From contig NEEC01000007.1 of NCBI GenBank assembly GCA_002189035.1, positions 2,170,001 to 2,234,000 of the forward strand: a stretch of DNA of 64,000 nt. Direction: 5' to 3'. The stretch comes from Utricularia gibba (taxonomy: Eukaryota; Plantae; Magnoliophyta). Shown in pieces: positions 1 through 14,500 of this stretch; position 1 is the stretch's first letter, and every line of letters starts with the position of its first letter. Position numbers and translations under genes: made by a program. Below the pieces are notes generated by a model. The model was not told the DNA's origin and did no database searches. It worked only from the letters and a program-made list of their open reading frames with translations.

Positions 1-1994
1 GATGACCTTGAGTCACTGGCCTACACGTTGATATTTCTCATCAAGGGGAGGCTCCCATGGCAAGGCTATCAGGTCACTGAATCACGAAATGAGTTGCTTA
101 ATATGTCTTATCAAATCATGTGTAACTCGTATTTTTTTCTACCTTCTCTGATCCAGTCCCCCCACCCCCTCTCCCCGTGACTTCTTTTTTGAAAAAATGA
201 TCAGGGGGAAAATAAGAGCTTCCTAGTATGCAAGAAGAAAATGGCAACCTCTCCAGAGTTGATGTGCTGCTTTTGTCCTGCACCATTCAAACTGTTCCTC
301 GAGGCTGTTACGAATATGAAGTTTGATGAAGAGCCGCATTATTCCAAGCTTATATCTCTCTTTGAAAGTCTCATTGAACCATGCACATCATTGAGACCAA
401 TACGGATTGATGGGGCTCTTAAGGTATTTTGCCAACTGTAGTAGGTTGACTGAGTCAGCATACATGAAGTCCTTATTTGGCCTTGAGCACACTTCCATAG
501 GGTTTTGCTACAACCTTTTTGTTTATGGATTAGGTTGGTCAAAAACGTGGGAGGCTGCACATCAGTCTGGAAGATGATGAACAGCCAAAGAAGAAAGTGC
601 GGATGGGTAGTCCTGCTACTCAATGGATCTCAGTGTATAATGCACGTCGCCCAATGAAGCAGAGGTTATCTTTTAATTAACAAGTAGTTCCAGGTGTTGA
701 GTGGAGTTTAACTTTCAAAATTCTGAAAAAAATGTTTTATTAGGAAATTTTTCATTTCTCTGTAGTGATTTGGTTTGCAAGGCGCTCTATTGGATTTATT
801 GATTCTGTATTCTATTTCTGAATTGAATCTCTGGCTTCATTCGAGAATTTTCCATCTAGTCATAGATTTCTACTGAAAAAAAATAGAACAGCTTTCCTTG
901 CACAAAAAATGCATTGTAACAGTGTTGTTCTGTTGTCCATGAATAAATAGTATGGTGTTTCTCCTTGCAGATATCACTATAATGTTGCAGACTCCAGACT
1001 TCGCCAGCATGTAGACAAGGGCAATGAAGACGGTTTGTATATTAGCTGCGTGGCTTCAGCTGGAAACCTTTGGGCTTTGATAATGGATGCAGGAACTGGC
1101 TTTAGCTCCCAGGTGTATGAGTTATCGACTGTATTTCTTCACAAGGTTGGTTGTAAATCTGGTCCTACTGTCTCGGCATTGTTTTTCAATCTTTCATTTA
1201 CCTAATATTTTCATTTTCCTTCAGGACTGGATCATGGAACAGTGGGATAAGAACTATTACATAAGTTCCATAGCTGGAGCAGCTAATGGAAGTTCGCTGG
1301 TGATCATGTCAAAAGGTATTTATTACAATACATAGCCTGATTTTTAATCCTATCTTGATGTCACAACTTTCATTTAGTTTGGTGGGTTTGTAAGCTTCAC
1401 TTTGAGGCTGATTGATTTCCCACTTATTTTCTGTGTACCTGTAGGAACCCCTTACACTCAGCAGTCATATAAAGTTAGTGAATCATTTCCTTTCAAGTGG
1501 ATTAACAAAAAGTGGAAAGAAGGCTTCCATGTAACATCGATGACCACGGCTGGTAGTCGTTGGGGTGTTGTCATGTCTAGAAACTCTGGTTACACCGAGC
1601 AGGTAGATATTTTGGTGCAACAACAGAACACCTCATTTTCACATCTGCTAATGAATGGAGCTCTCCGTAGGTTGTTGAGCTTGATTTCCTGTATCCGAGC
1701 GAGGGCATACATCGTCGTTGGGAAAGTGGCTACCGCATAACCTCCATGGCTGCTACTACCGATCAAGGGGCATTTATCCTCAGCATCCCTCGTCGTAAAG
1801 TGATGGATGAAACACAGGAGACTCTTCGCACATCAGCGTTCCCCAGTACGCATGTAAAGGTACCACCCCTTTTCATTGCAGACTTGTGATGTTGCGCAGA
1901 TTGTAGTTTACGATGGATTTATCATAACGTACAGGAGAAATGGGCGAAGAACTTGTACATCGCATCTATATGCTATGGGCGCACTGTTTGCTGA
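1..1994 (+). CDS. MLK: MUT9-like / casein kinase I-like kinase (MLK/PPK/AEL family), 3' part only, 8 exons in window
   Basis: Spliced exons read [24 protein letters not shown] / [25 protein letters not shown]...DGALK / VGQKRGRL...[19 protein letters not shown] / [10 protein letters not shown]... / [14 protein letters not shown]... / [24 protein letters not shown]... / [17 protein letters not shown]... / [23 protein letters not shown] introns; TGA at 1992-1994. 5' end lies outside the window. Confidence 0.92.
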
Positions 1995-2670
1995 AGGGAA
2001 GGCAAAAGGTATGTGCTGTGTAATCTGTCTACGACTACTACTGCTTTCCAGTTTCGTCCACTCCGAAGCGGGGCAGTGTGTGCTCTCTGTCTTCAAGCCA
2101 AAAAATGGAGGGGTTGGAAACAAAAGCTCTTGAATTTTAATACACCAAGGACTTTTTACCTTCTCTATTGCAGCACGCACACCATACACACAGACACAAC
2201 CCATCCCTCCCAAATGTTTCAGAGCTCCCTGTGTTCCGCTTGCGATGCCTTTCCTCCTAGTGGTCATCATCAGACCGCACACACATCTTGAAAAGCCATG
2301 CTGGAAAGAAAGTAAGCAAATGGGTGCTTTTCTTTTGTTTAGTTATGCGTCAAGATTTCATTTTTGTGCTCCTAGTGCTTGAAGACAAACGTTGTTTTGC
2401 CCCGGAAGCCAAATTACACAACTTCTTTCTCCAACGGCTAGCATCTGAGTAGTGGGTGCAAATCAGTGTTTTGAAACTAAGTTTAATGTGTATATATTTC
2501 GGATCTATATTGTGCTTTGGAGGCAGCTAGACACCGAGTACCATCTCTACTATTTCTCGTCTTGTGGTTCACAAAGCAACCGGAGCTGACCTTACGTCGG
2601 CCGGAGCAGTTGCCGGCACGATGTTGCCGGTATCAGTCCGTGTCATTGACACAATACTTGGTCTACAGTC

Positions 2671-4825
2671 TTAGAAAGGAAACTTTCCACTACAGTTTCT
2701 TGTGCATTCAAACCAGCACCTTATCAACCGGCCAAAGCCAGCCTCCTCCTGATCAGCTTCCCGTCTTTGCATCACCCTCAAGAACTCCTTCGAGCTCAGG
2801 CTGCCGTCCCGGTTTTCATCAAACACGTAGAATACCAGATCCACCACCTTGTCCGACAGAGAGACGCCGCATACCTGCAGATGGAAGAAAACATTCATAC
2901 AGGTGGCATACTATAGCTACAGCAAGCTCATGGTGCAGTGGAGTGAGTTGGAATGTCTCTCCGTGAACATTCATACTTGATGAGCTGCTCTTTTGAAGTC
3001 CAGTTTAGACAGCAGGCCGTTAACAACGCCGTAGCTGAAGAGTGCAATGGCAAACGGCTGAAGTTTTCTCCGTAGCTCGGCGAAGTTCTTGAACTCGTCA
3101 TATGTGATGCGTATGTCTCTGAGGGATGGCACATTGTCAAGTTCGTCTGCTTGACTGAGAAACTTGTCTATGTGTTTCATATCAGCAGATGCAACCATGG
3201 AGAGTATGAAGTCCTTAGCTGCGATGCTTCCCTTTGACCTGAAATCATAATGGCTGAACTCCAGCCGCAGCATCTGTTCATTCAGTAACGCAGGGGCAAG
3301 GCAACGGGGCATTAGATGGCCACTATGATGATCCAGAATGCATCAAGATGAATGAATACGAGCATATACCTCGTCATGCACCTCTTGCAAAAACTGAACA
3401 AATTTCTCATGTCCAAGACGCTCGCTTCCATCTTTTCCAAAGAAGTACTCGAGAAGGCCACCGTTCTCCACTGACCCTGAAACTTTTAATCCGAATCTTT
3501 TTCCATCTCTGTGGGAAGCTCCTTGACGGTTCTGAGTTCGCATCAAGGCCATCACCTTCTTGAATTCTTCTTTGTCTATTTCTCTGTGCAGTTCAAGCAA
3601 AGATGTTACTTCCACTAGAGAAAAGAGGGGTTTCACAGAAAATAGCAGATGAAGATGTTACCATACCCATCACCGTCAATATCGAACATTTTAAATGCCA
3701 CAGAGAAGCTTGATTCAGGAATCCTCAGTATCGTTACAAAGAATATGTATCTGTAAAAGAGATGCAGTGTATTCATCATTCCCTGTCTTCTCATTCACTT
3801 GAATTTATGGAATGTATAGCTTACTCTGCAAATGAGATAAGGCCGTCTCTGTTGGTGTCGAATAGCATGAAAAACTCTGATGGTGGGCACTTTAGCTCGC
3901 CTGTGAATGACTCTCCATTTAGGGATCCTACTCTAACAGCCTCAGCTTCGGAGGGAGGAAATACAGGAACAACGGCTCGCATCAAGTCTGATGGGGTCAT
4001 GTATACTTCTCCACTTGGCATTTTAAGAGATGCAAAGTACTCAAACACCTTCAAGAAAATAAAGAACACAGCTTTGGGTCCAACTGTGACGAAGAGATGA
4101 GCGACCTTCACTTTTTAATCTTTGATACTCCCTTTTCATTTTACAGGGAAGAAGTGGATAAGACTCTACCTTTTCAGGAGGACTTCTTGTTCTTATACGC
4201 TTCTCATACTTGAAGAAAACTTTTCTCCTGTAATTATCTGAAATCAAGCCGAGAATCAGGCATGCTGATTAATAGAGAAGCAACAAAAGCTGCATTTGAG
4301 GCAAGGTGGAGCAAAGCATGGTGGTTGAATGCGATGCTAATGTGAATTTCAAAGCAACCAATAAATATTAAAAACTCCATTACCTTCCCCTGTGACTGCA
4401 AAGTGTTTACAGTCAACCAAGGCAGCAACCAGATAAACATAATATCAGAGCATGTAATGCTTTCTTTCACATGAAAAAACTGTCCACGATTCAATACTCA
4501 TGAAAATCTAGTAATGCAAGCGACTAGGTTTACCTTTGAACAAGAATTTCGGTTTCTTGTCCAATTGCTGCTCTCCTTGAGCCCCATAATCCGCGTACGC
4601 CAAAGATAAAAAGAATGAATAACAAGCGCATAAAGTCAAGCCGGAGAAGCCGATAAAAGCCAGCCCAGACGATGAAAACCAATATTTGCTCCCCTGATTC
4701 TCATTCCGAGTATGTCTTCTTCCGCCAAAAGATCTGCTGGAGAAATAGCGAGCTTTCTTCAGATTTTGGGTTGCGAGAACGCGAATCTGAGACGCGCGAT
4801 TCCTCAACAACAGTGCACAATACAT
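2671..4825 (-). CDS. MICU: Mitochondrial calcium uptake protein (MICU, EF-hand), 7 exons
   Basis: R/S-rich presequence-like exon 1 (ATG at 4825), then YRRKVFFKYEKRIRTRSPPEK / VFEYFAS...FFMLFDTNRDGLISFAE / YIFFVTIL...AFKMFDIDGDG / EIDKEEFKKVM...EYFFGKDG / LRLEFSHYD... / VCGVSLSDKVVDLVFYVFDENRDGSLSSKEF. EF-hand loops and GT-AG borders visible. Confidence 0.92.
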
Positions 4826-6545
4826 AATAATATGTGATGTTCGCCTGAAAACCCAGAAAGCAAAACAAATGAAAAACGCTCCAATGAAGCATCTGAAAGA
4901 TTTGTGATTGTCTTCAAAAGATGGCGGAAAAAATGCGATACCCGTAAAGAGGATTTGACTTTTTCCTCAAACTCCCTGGAGACTGTAGGGGCCCGGATCA
5001 TCACAAATTTCTCAGTGCACCCAGATGAGTAAAACCTTCTTCCCTTCCTGGCAACACTCAAGACAACACATTTCTCCCGCATATTTAAGTAAAGCAAATT
5101 GCTAAAAAAAGATATTCGAAATTAGTTTAATTAACAAATATTAATGATTTTAAATTTTTTTAAAAAAACTCATAAACTTTTTTTAATTTTTATTTAATAA
5201 ATTATAATTTTCATTTTATTATAAATGTTTCTAAAAAATTAATTTTCAAAGAATAGAACGAAAGACATCATCACCTTAATTTAGAAACCATGACGTTTGC
5301 ATTTGATGTTGACTAATTTCCAGGTGGCAGTTACCACTCCTTTTATTTTATTTCACTTTTTGGGCCAGGCTGGCATTTGAAAAAGGGCCGTGGAACTTGG
5401 GAGCCCATCGAGTATGGGCTTTCACAAAATCCTCTGTTGGAGATTTGTACGATCAATTAATAAAATACATTTATTAATGTCTTTCATAAATTAGCGACTC
5501 TTATTATTTGTTTTCATAATATTTTATCTTATAAATATTATTTAAATTGTGCTAAAATATTTCTTGTGTGAAAGAAAAAGTAAAAATTATATTATTTATA
5601 ATACTTTTTCACACATAAATAATATATGTAATTTAAAAAATTGTATAAAGTTTTATCTTCAATTCTGTAATAATAGTCAGGTGTATTTTTTATTTTTTAT
5701 TTTTTATTTAAAAAGGAAGAAATTATTCATAGCAAAATAGATTGAATTAATAATCATGAGATCAAAATAAAAATAATACAAATATAATAAAATCCCACCA
5801 GTCCATGTGATTCCCGCGAGCGCCCACCTTGCAGTGCGGGTGATTCTGTCCGTGAAGGGACCGTCATACGGACGAGGGTGGTCTTTTTCCGGCTCCGGAC
5901 GGGACATTTATTAGGTTCTTGCCGGAATCAGCCATTTGATGATTTTCCGATTGTTGATGATCTCTCTCTTCTTTATGGAGTATTCCTTTGTTGAATGTAA
6001 TTGAATCTTTTTTCTTTGTTGGTGGGGGCTCACGTTCGTCTGAAATCGCCGCTACGGAAAGGAATAATATTATGAGTGTGGTAGTGTCCATCAATTTGGA
6101 ACCCCCAGTGGGGAAGTGGGCGGTGGTATATGAATTCTTGTGCCTCTGTGTTAAAGGAGGGGACCGATCTGATGAACTGGTGTGACATTGAGATATTGCA
6201 ACCGGGGGAGGCTTTAATTTTATCATAATGTTGCCAACTGTATGTAAATTCCCTAAAGCAATCATCTTCTCTGTTTTTGTTTGTCATTTTTTGTGCACAT
6301 GAGAACGAGGAGTGGAGACGATTTCAGTGCCTAGCAACGTCACATGCGAATGTCTTGCTTCTTTTTCCATTGCCCATCTCTGTTTCTGGATCTGGGGAGG
6401 GTGAGGACACGCCCCTTTATGGGATTCTGTTTTTAGTTTTGGTTTCTGGAGCAGTTTTTGCGAATTGGTCTCGGAATCGGTTACGGTTGCGAGATTGTGG
6501 TGGCTTCGTGGGTGAGAGGGAACCGGATTGGGGAAGGTTTAAGAA

Positions 6546-9500
6546 ATGGCCGCCAAGTTTTTCAACTCTTTAACAGAAGATACTGAAGATTTTCAGAAGC
6601 AAATGGGATGTATGACTGGAATTTTTCAACTCTTCGATCGTCATAATATGCTCACCAGCAGTGGGAGAAGAGTTCTTGGTCTCACCTCGGGAACTAGCCC
6701 TGGTACATATTTGTTCATCGTCTGGCTTCAGCAACTCTTGATTCTTGCGTCAACGTGGTCTTATGTTTTTCAGGGATTCGTAGCTCTGATGCAAGGAATT
6801 CGGAAAGCCAGTCTAGAACACAACTAAATTCTGCACCATCGGTAATCCTTGTGATTTTGTAAGAATGTGCCTGAATGTCCATTCCTTTTAGTATGCCTGA
6901 ATAGAATGTTAGGGCAGAGAACTGTTTCACAGTCGAAAGGGTTAGTAAATATGATCATGGTGGTGTGGGCTAGTATTCATTCTAGATGCTGGGGGTATCC
7001 AGTATCCTGATGAGGTGAAATGAGATGAGTAATCATATCTGGTATTGATAGAATCTGATTGATGCATTGCCCTCTTAACATTTGGAGTGCAATCTACTCA
7101 GACTTGTTGATCTGTGTTGATGAACATTTAGCATTTTTATATGCAATCCAGGAGAAGTACCCTATGAAGAAGATGCCGGAGAAGCAAAGAATTCCTGTGG
7201 AGTCACCCTTCTCTTCTCACAAGTGCGCGAGTGTTGAATCAAAAACGTTTGGTGGAGTTATATTTCCTGAAAATCCTTCCAGGGAATCACAAATGGTGGC
7301 TCAGCAGACTCATGATGTTTGGGATTTTGTGAAGGACTCATTGCACAGGGAACTTCAAGGTGTCAAGGCTAAGACCAGTGAAAATTATCATGGTTCAAAA
7401 TTTGAGAAAAAACAGAGCTCCCGTGCGGATGCTAAGCAGTTTCTCAGAGCTCTTGCAAAACTCGGATATGGGGCTGACCGTGAAAATGAACCCACCAGAA
7501 TTCGAAAATCATCTTCCAACAGCCCCAAGGATGTATCATCACTTTTAATCTCAAGAGATGCTCCTCGTCGGTCATATGATGGGAGGGAAGAATCTCGGGG
7601 TTTCTTGGATTCATGTGATTTTTCCAAAGGTTCCATAATACTGAAGGACCTACCTAGACATTCAGTTGACAGTGGGGAGGTATCATCCAGCTCTTTCAAA
7701 TCCTTGAGGGGCATTGATACTTGTAATGGAAAGGTGGCTCAGATTCAGCTGCAAAGATCAAGAAGCGAAGCACGGCTTCCGAGTGTCGTAGCGAAACTGA
7801 TGGGCTTGGAAATGCTGCCTGACTCTGATTCAATTAGGACAACAGATTCCATGGAAAGAATACAGGTGCCTAGTGCATATCAGAGGCCAACGGGAGCTTC
7901 AACCAGATTTCCGATTGAACAAGCACCACGGAAGCACAGTGACAAGCCGAAGACTTCTCAGAAGCAAGCCACTAGATTTTTTCGATCAAGAACTACTGGA
8001 AGTCCATCTGCTTACAGTGAAATAGATAAAAGATTGGAAGATCTGGAGTTACTGCAATCTGGGAACACTCTTAGACTTAGAGCGCTCAAACAGATGATGG
8101 GAACAACTGAGATGTCGAATGGACAGGCTAACTTCCCTAGTGATAAGGATCTTGAGCAGAAGACCAGGAAACTAGAGGCTAACAATTTTGATTCATCCGC
8201 GAGGAACATGGTCCCTCCTCAAAATTACAGGTCTCCGACTGTGATCATGAAACCTGCTAAATATGTTGAGAAACATGACATGCATCCTGTTCCCAGGATT
8301 TCACTTGATAGCATGTCTGGGATGCTCCGACTCTCAAGCAATGAACCTGATTATCTCAGGAAAAACTTGGAAAGGCCCAGAACATCTAAAGCGCATGGTA
8401 ATGATGTGAATTCTGACAGTCAAAAAGGTAGAAGAGCTTCAAAACCGAAGGCATGTATAAAATCTCCTTCTCAACGACTGTCCAAGGATGGTAATATGGG
8501 GTTGGGAAAAACTTCGAGTTCCCTCAGCCCTCGAATGCTACCTAAGAAGATTGTGATGGAAAAGAGATGGTTACCTCCTACGCTCCCCGATTCAAGAAGG
8601 CCAAGAAAACAGCCAAATAAGCAGAATTCTGAGATGAAGCCTGCTGGCAGAAGACAGAGAACAATGCCTCCTAATTTAAAGCAGAGAGATAATCTAGAGA
8701 GTAATTTCAAATCCAGGAATATGAGTTCTTGTGATTCTGAGGCTTCAGCTCAATCATATGATTCCACGAGCACTAGCAATTCGAAACATGCAGAAATGAT
8801 TGGCTCTGAAATTTCATCAATCTCCACTGCTGATGGTCCTACAACAGTGTCTCCTGAGAGAATTTTCTCTGTTTTTGCAGACAAGGTTGTTACTTACCAT
8901 CTCCATTTGCATTCAGTTCACACCTCACTTCTTAATTCTACCGTTCAGGAAACTACATTAGCATCAAGTGAAGATTCTTCAGAATCTGGATTTGTTCCTC
9001 CTGAATACCCCAGTCCTACCTCTGTTCTCAACAGCGGAATGGACAACCCAGATTCCTCTCCTGTAGAGCATGTGGTGAAGAGCCTGACTGGTATGAATTC
9101 ATTTACATGATGTCAACATTTGTCATTTCTATTGAAACTTTAAGCTCGCTCTGCACACCAGATTGTGTTAACTGAATTACTTTCACTAACATGGCGTTAT
9201 CTGATATTAGCGGATACATCTATGGATGATGAGAAGGATCTGGATTTGCTTCACCTGAAGCTGTCAGTGGATTCCGACTCCAAGGAAGCTATTGCAGAAT
9301 TTGACTTCAATAAGAAGAAACTCCAGAACATTCAGAATCTAGTTCAAAAGCTGAGAAAGCTCAACTCCAGTTGTGACGAAGCTAGAACAGATTGCATTGC
9401 ATCACTATGCGAAAGCTCCAGCCCGGATCATCAATACATCTCCAAAATTCTATTAGCCTCAGGGATCCTGCTTAGAACACCAACAGATTTCCATTTTCAT

Positions 9501-10022
9501 CCATCAGGTCATGCAATCAATCCTGAACTGTTTCTGGTTTTGGAACAAACAAAGGGAAACTCTTCACTACAAGATCATGATGGTGCCAGAAAGACATCCA
9601 AGTTTACAGGTGAAAAGAACCATAGGAAGGTCATATTTGACACTGTCAACGAAATCCTTGCAAAGAAGCTCTCCATCACCATGAATTCCTTACCCTGGTC
9701 AAGATCAGTTAACTCTGCAGCACAAGGCATGATGACATCACAGATGATTCTTCAAGCCCTTTGTTCGGAGATTGAAAGTCTTCAGGCAAAGAGTTCAAAA
9801 CGTGACTCGGGTAACAGAGACGAGGACTGGAAGAGTATCATAGCCTCAGATATCTCGAGACAACACCATCTTTCTGAAAGATGGATGGATATGGACATTG
9901 AACTTTCAGGTGCTGTTCTTGACATTGAGCGGATGATATTCAGAGACCTCGTTAGCGAGGTTGTCATTGGAGAACCGAGCTGCTTGTTTAAGCCCCTGCT
10001 GTGTCAACATGATTTTCAGTAG
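6546..10022 (+). CDS. TON1-recruiting motif (TRM) / LONGIFOLIA-like protein
   Basis: N-terminal QKQMGCMTGIFQLFDRH, the PSVVAKLMGLE motif, PEYPSPTSVL, and a C-terminal DUF4378-like region (DHQYISKILLASG, LFLVLEQ, HRKVIFDTVNEIL, VLDIERMIFRDLVSEV). Approximate exons 6546-6702, 6774-6841, 7152-8885, 8949-9091, 9211-10022. Confidence 0.88.
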
Positions 10023-11586
10023 TCCTTGTTCTTCCACAGCTCTCCTTCCTCCTGTAGATGTTACCTTGATCATCATCCTCTGCCACTACTAAAGCAAATG
10101 ACTTGGGACGATTCTTTTGATATATAGTCTACAGCATTTTTGCATCTCCGCCGAGAAAACTCAACTAAGCTGTATTTGCTTTCTTAGCCCCTTATCCAAA
10201 ACCAATTAAACATGTAAAATGGGTTTCCCTCAGCTTTTCAAAAAAAAAAAAAATGAAGTACTTCATTATCTCATGTGGAGTAGAAGTAATGTGTGTTTTA
10301 TGTGAAAATTAAGCAGTGTTCTGAAAAATTTTTAAAACTTATTTCTATTTTTCAAAAGTAAAAATAATTTTATTTTAAAACATTTTTAATTGTAAAAGTA
10401 ATTCTATCAAAAATATTTTTAAATTATAATTACAAAAGTTATTTTTGAAAAAATAAGGAGTTGATTAATTTTATTTTTTATTTTTACTTTTAAAAAGTAA
10501 TTTTAAAAAATAAAAACAATTTTTAAAAAATTTTCAAAACACTACTTTACTTTTAAAAGTACTTTTATTGAAATTAAAACCACATTAAACAGACTTTAAA
10601 TGTACATGTTTTAGCTTCACATTGCATGGTGAATTGTCCAATCCAAAGACCCAAGAAATAGTTCCCAGAAAACCCAACTGAGAATGAATGAAGATTTCAG
10701 AGCTAGCAGAGCATGAAAAGCCAACAGGGTGCTGTTACTCTGAATCAAATAAGATGTGGCAACCTTAGACAACACATGTTTTATCTATTGCCAAATATTT
10801 TTGTTTCCATAATAACCTCAACTTTCAAACATATTTTAAAATCACATTGAATCTATTTTCAGATTTATTCATAATTTTAAATTAAATCATTTTTATAATA
10901 AATTGGATTGAATTTTATCTATTTTAAATATATTACGAAAAAAATAAAAATAATTACTTAAATTTTTTATATATTTTTTAATTTTAAACCGAATCTAAAC
11001 TCAAATTCAACCTCGTATTTTAATGAGTATCGTGTAGTTGTACATTGTTTGAGGAAATGTTGTCACATTATTGCATTAATTGCAAAACATATCTTATTTT
11101 TTAATATATTTTTAAAACAACGAATTTTATTTTTCAAATTGTTGTTTTCTTTTCTGATGTTTTGGCGTTTTATTTCCAGATGAAGCTGAGGAGGGTTTAA
11201 GCTGAAATTCTTGTCATTGCACACCCGCTGTTTCTTGAGCAAAGAAGCGAAGCCTGAATGAGCGACTTGATCCTTGTTTTTCCTAGTATTTTTTGTGATT
11301 GTTCTAGCAGTATTATCCCCGTTTTATGTTGACAATGATTTAGGAGAGCCCAGAAATATGATAGCTTTTTTTTTGGCTGAAATCTAGTTCCATTTAGGCT
11401 TATCTGATGATTTTGCTACTACGCTAATGGCTTCAAGATCAAGCCTTTTTTACCTGGGTACCTCGATTGATTGACTTCAGAATGCTTTTTTTTCATAAAA
11501 AGGATGACGGGTTGTGCTATTGTATCCCAATGTTTGTGTTGATTCGTTTGATAGGCGAAAAACCTTCTGGGTTTCTATGATATCAA

Positions 11587-14500
11587 ATGGAGAGGAATGA
11601 AGGAGGCGATGACCTCTCTTCTGGATGGATGCAAGTAAAAAAGGTTACCTTTTTGTGTTTTATGCATCAGCATTCCTTTTTTTTTTTCTCTTACTGTTCA
11701 ATGGAATCATCGATCTTTGAATGTGGTCATTGTATTTATTTTTGCCCTTTTATTGAGTATTTTCGTTTGTTATTTCCAGAAACATAAAAGCAATTTGAAG
11801 CTTCCTCTTCATGGTTGGGTTGAAGGGTCAGGGAAAGGAAGTTCTAGCAAACCAAAGGAGCAGTTTCCCGCGAGGGAAAAACTGGGGGGTAAAGTAATTG
11901 AGCATCAGTGTATCTCTGTAGGAGAAGACTTTTGTCGTGTAGATGATGCAAGTAATTCGATGAGCGCCGTTTCACTTTCCACTAAGGATGTCATAATCAA
12001 TGACGTTGCTGACAAGTGTGTTGTAAGTCAAGATAATGATGAGTTAGGCACATCTGATTCGAGAGCTGGCACCACTATGTCTCCACAGCACAATTCTGGT
12101 GTTTCTAATGGACTTAGTGGTAAAGATGATATCACTCCAAAATTCAAGTGGGGTGACTTGGACGAGGGAATGCTCTTGAAGTATGGGAAGGCTTCTGGAG
12201 CAGAGTGTAACCTCAGGTCAGTGAAAGACCAGAATAAGGAACATACTAGAAATATGACAGAATCCCTGGCGTGTGTTGATCCATTTGCTCCTGAGAAAGA
12301 CAATGTCTTAGAGATAACAGTTTGTGATGATAAGGTCCTCAAGAGTTCCTCTTCCTTTTCTATGGAGTCTACAGCCTTTAGAGAAGTACCCGAAGCAGTA
12401 ATTTCATTGTCTTCTGAAATTCACGGTGAGAGAATTGAGAGTGTGATAGATTGCAAGCATAGTACTTTTTCAGGTTCTACTGTGGGGAATATTGGTGGAT
12501 TTAGAAATAGAGAAAGTCAAGATTCTGTTGAGGCAGCAAAGATGTTGACTGATCTCTTACCTCAAGCAGAATCTGCTGACGCCCTGTATTGTCTCAAATT
12601 GATTCAGTGCCATCCTTAAGTGAGAATATTCCATGTACAACCGAAGTACCATTAGAGAACCACAATACCAACACAGCAGGGGAACCTTCTTCAGCACCTT
12701 TTAGTGGCAGGTCCACTGATGCAAAACATCAATCAAGCTTCAATGATGTTGCTGGAGCCCGTAATATGAGCAATCCTGATTCAGATATTGCAAGTGAAGG
12801 TAAAGAAAGATTCAGGGAGCGACTTTGGTGCTTTCTGTTTGAAAACCTTAATAGGTCTATAGATGAACTCTATCTGCTCTGTGAACTCGAGTGTGACCTT
12901 GAGCAAATGAAAGAAGTTAATATTATACTTGAAGAAGCTGCATCAGACTTTCGAGAGCTGAAATCTAGAATTGAGAAATTTGAGAAATCAAAGAGAAGTG
13001 CAACTCTGGGGGTTGATTTGTCTTCTCTCGTAATGCAGTCTGATCATCGCAGACCACATGCCCTCTCTTGGGAGGTTAGCCTTCTTCAAAGAGCTTCTCA
13101 ACTGTATGTTGTTTGGACACTTTCTTTACAAATGAATCAATGATAATACCAGATAAGGATTCTATTTGAAACATTTACCACTAGAGTGACGAGAATTAGC
13201 ATATTGTAGATGAAACAGTAGGCTATAAGCTCATTTTAAATGAGGCATGTACTTATAATGGTGATAATATCAACATTGTCATGATGTGTTGATTCCTATG
13301 ATCATTCCGTTTTGCTGCTAGCTCCCCACATAGTTGGCTGCATCAGAATGTTCAGTTTGTAGTTTCTTTTTATTTCTCTTGAGTTGTCATTCGTACATTT
13401 TGGAACAGGTTAGGCGAATGACATCTTCACCTCACAGGGCAGAGATTTTGTCTTCTTCTCTTGAGGTTTTTAGGAAAATTCAACAGGCTCGAAGTAGTGA
13501 GCACGCCAAGAATGCTCAGGATTTGGGATCTGATAGTTACAAATTTACTGATAAAGGGGGCTCCCTCTCAGACGTGAGGAGATCATCTATGAAAGATGAG
13601 ATTATTAATAACCCCAAAAGTTAAGTGGTAAGGTGAAAATGCCCCCCGTAGTGCCAGATACAGCTCAAAATTCATCAAAAGGGAAGCGAAGTATTGAGTC
13701 AGCTAAAGCAAGTTCTGTGGGGTCTAGAGTATCACGGAAAGAGAGCTCTGCTGCATACATGAATGTAAAGAGTCACAGGGAAATGCGTGGATTATCTCAT
13801 GAGGCAGAGAAAATACACAACAGGAAACATAAGGTGTTAGCAGAATCATTTGTCGAGAAAAACATTAGATCTACTGATTCTCTGAAGCACTTCCCTCTTT
13901 CTGAAAGAGAAGGAGATAAGAAAAATGTGCTTTCAGGAAGGTCCTTGGATGCTTGGAAAGAGAAGAGAAACTGGGAGGACATACTTAATTCTCCACTTCG
14001 TATGTCAGCTAGCTTTTCTTATTCACCAGGCATGAACAGGAAATCAGTCGAGCGAATGCGCTTTCTACATGATAAACTTATGTCCCCTGAGAAGAAGAAG
14101 AAATCTGCTGTTGATCTTAAAAAGGAAGCAGAAGAGAAGCATGCAAGAGCAACCAGGATCAGAACTCAGCTTGAGAATGAGAGAGTTCAAAAGCTTCAGC
14201 GATCATCAGAGAAGTTGAATAAAGTAAATGAATGGCAAGCTGTTCGCAGCAGCAAGCTAAGAGAGTCAATGTTTGCTCGCCATCGGCTTTCTGAATCTCG
14301 GCATGAAGCCCATATAGCAAAAGTTGTTAGAAGGGCAGGAGATGAGAGTAGCAAGGTTAATGAGGTAAGATTTATAACCTCATTGAATGAAGAGAACAAA
14401 AAGCATATACTGCGGAAAAAACTTGAAGATTCTGAATTGAGGAGAGCTGAGAAACTTCAAACCATAAAGATTAAACAGAAAGAGGACATAGCTAGAGAAG

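Noticed and set aside
5704-5907. Minus-strand 67-aa ORF MSRPEPEKDHPRPYDGPF... with a hydrophobic tail
   Set aside because: No recognisable family. It runs from a GC-rich promoter patch into AT-rich intergenic DNA, which yields hydrophobic residues by composition.
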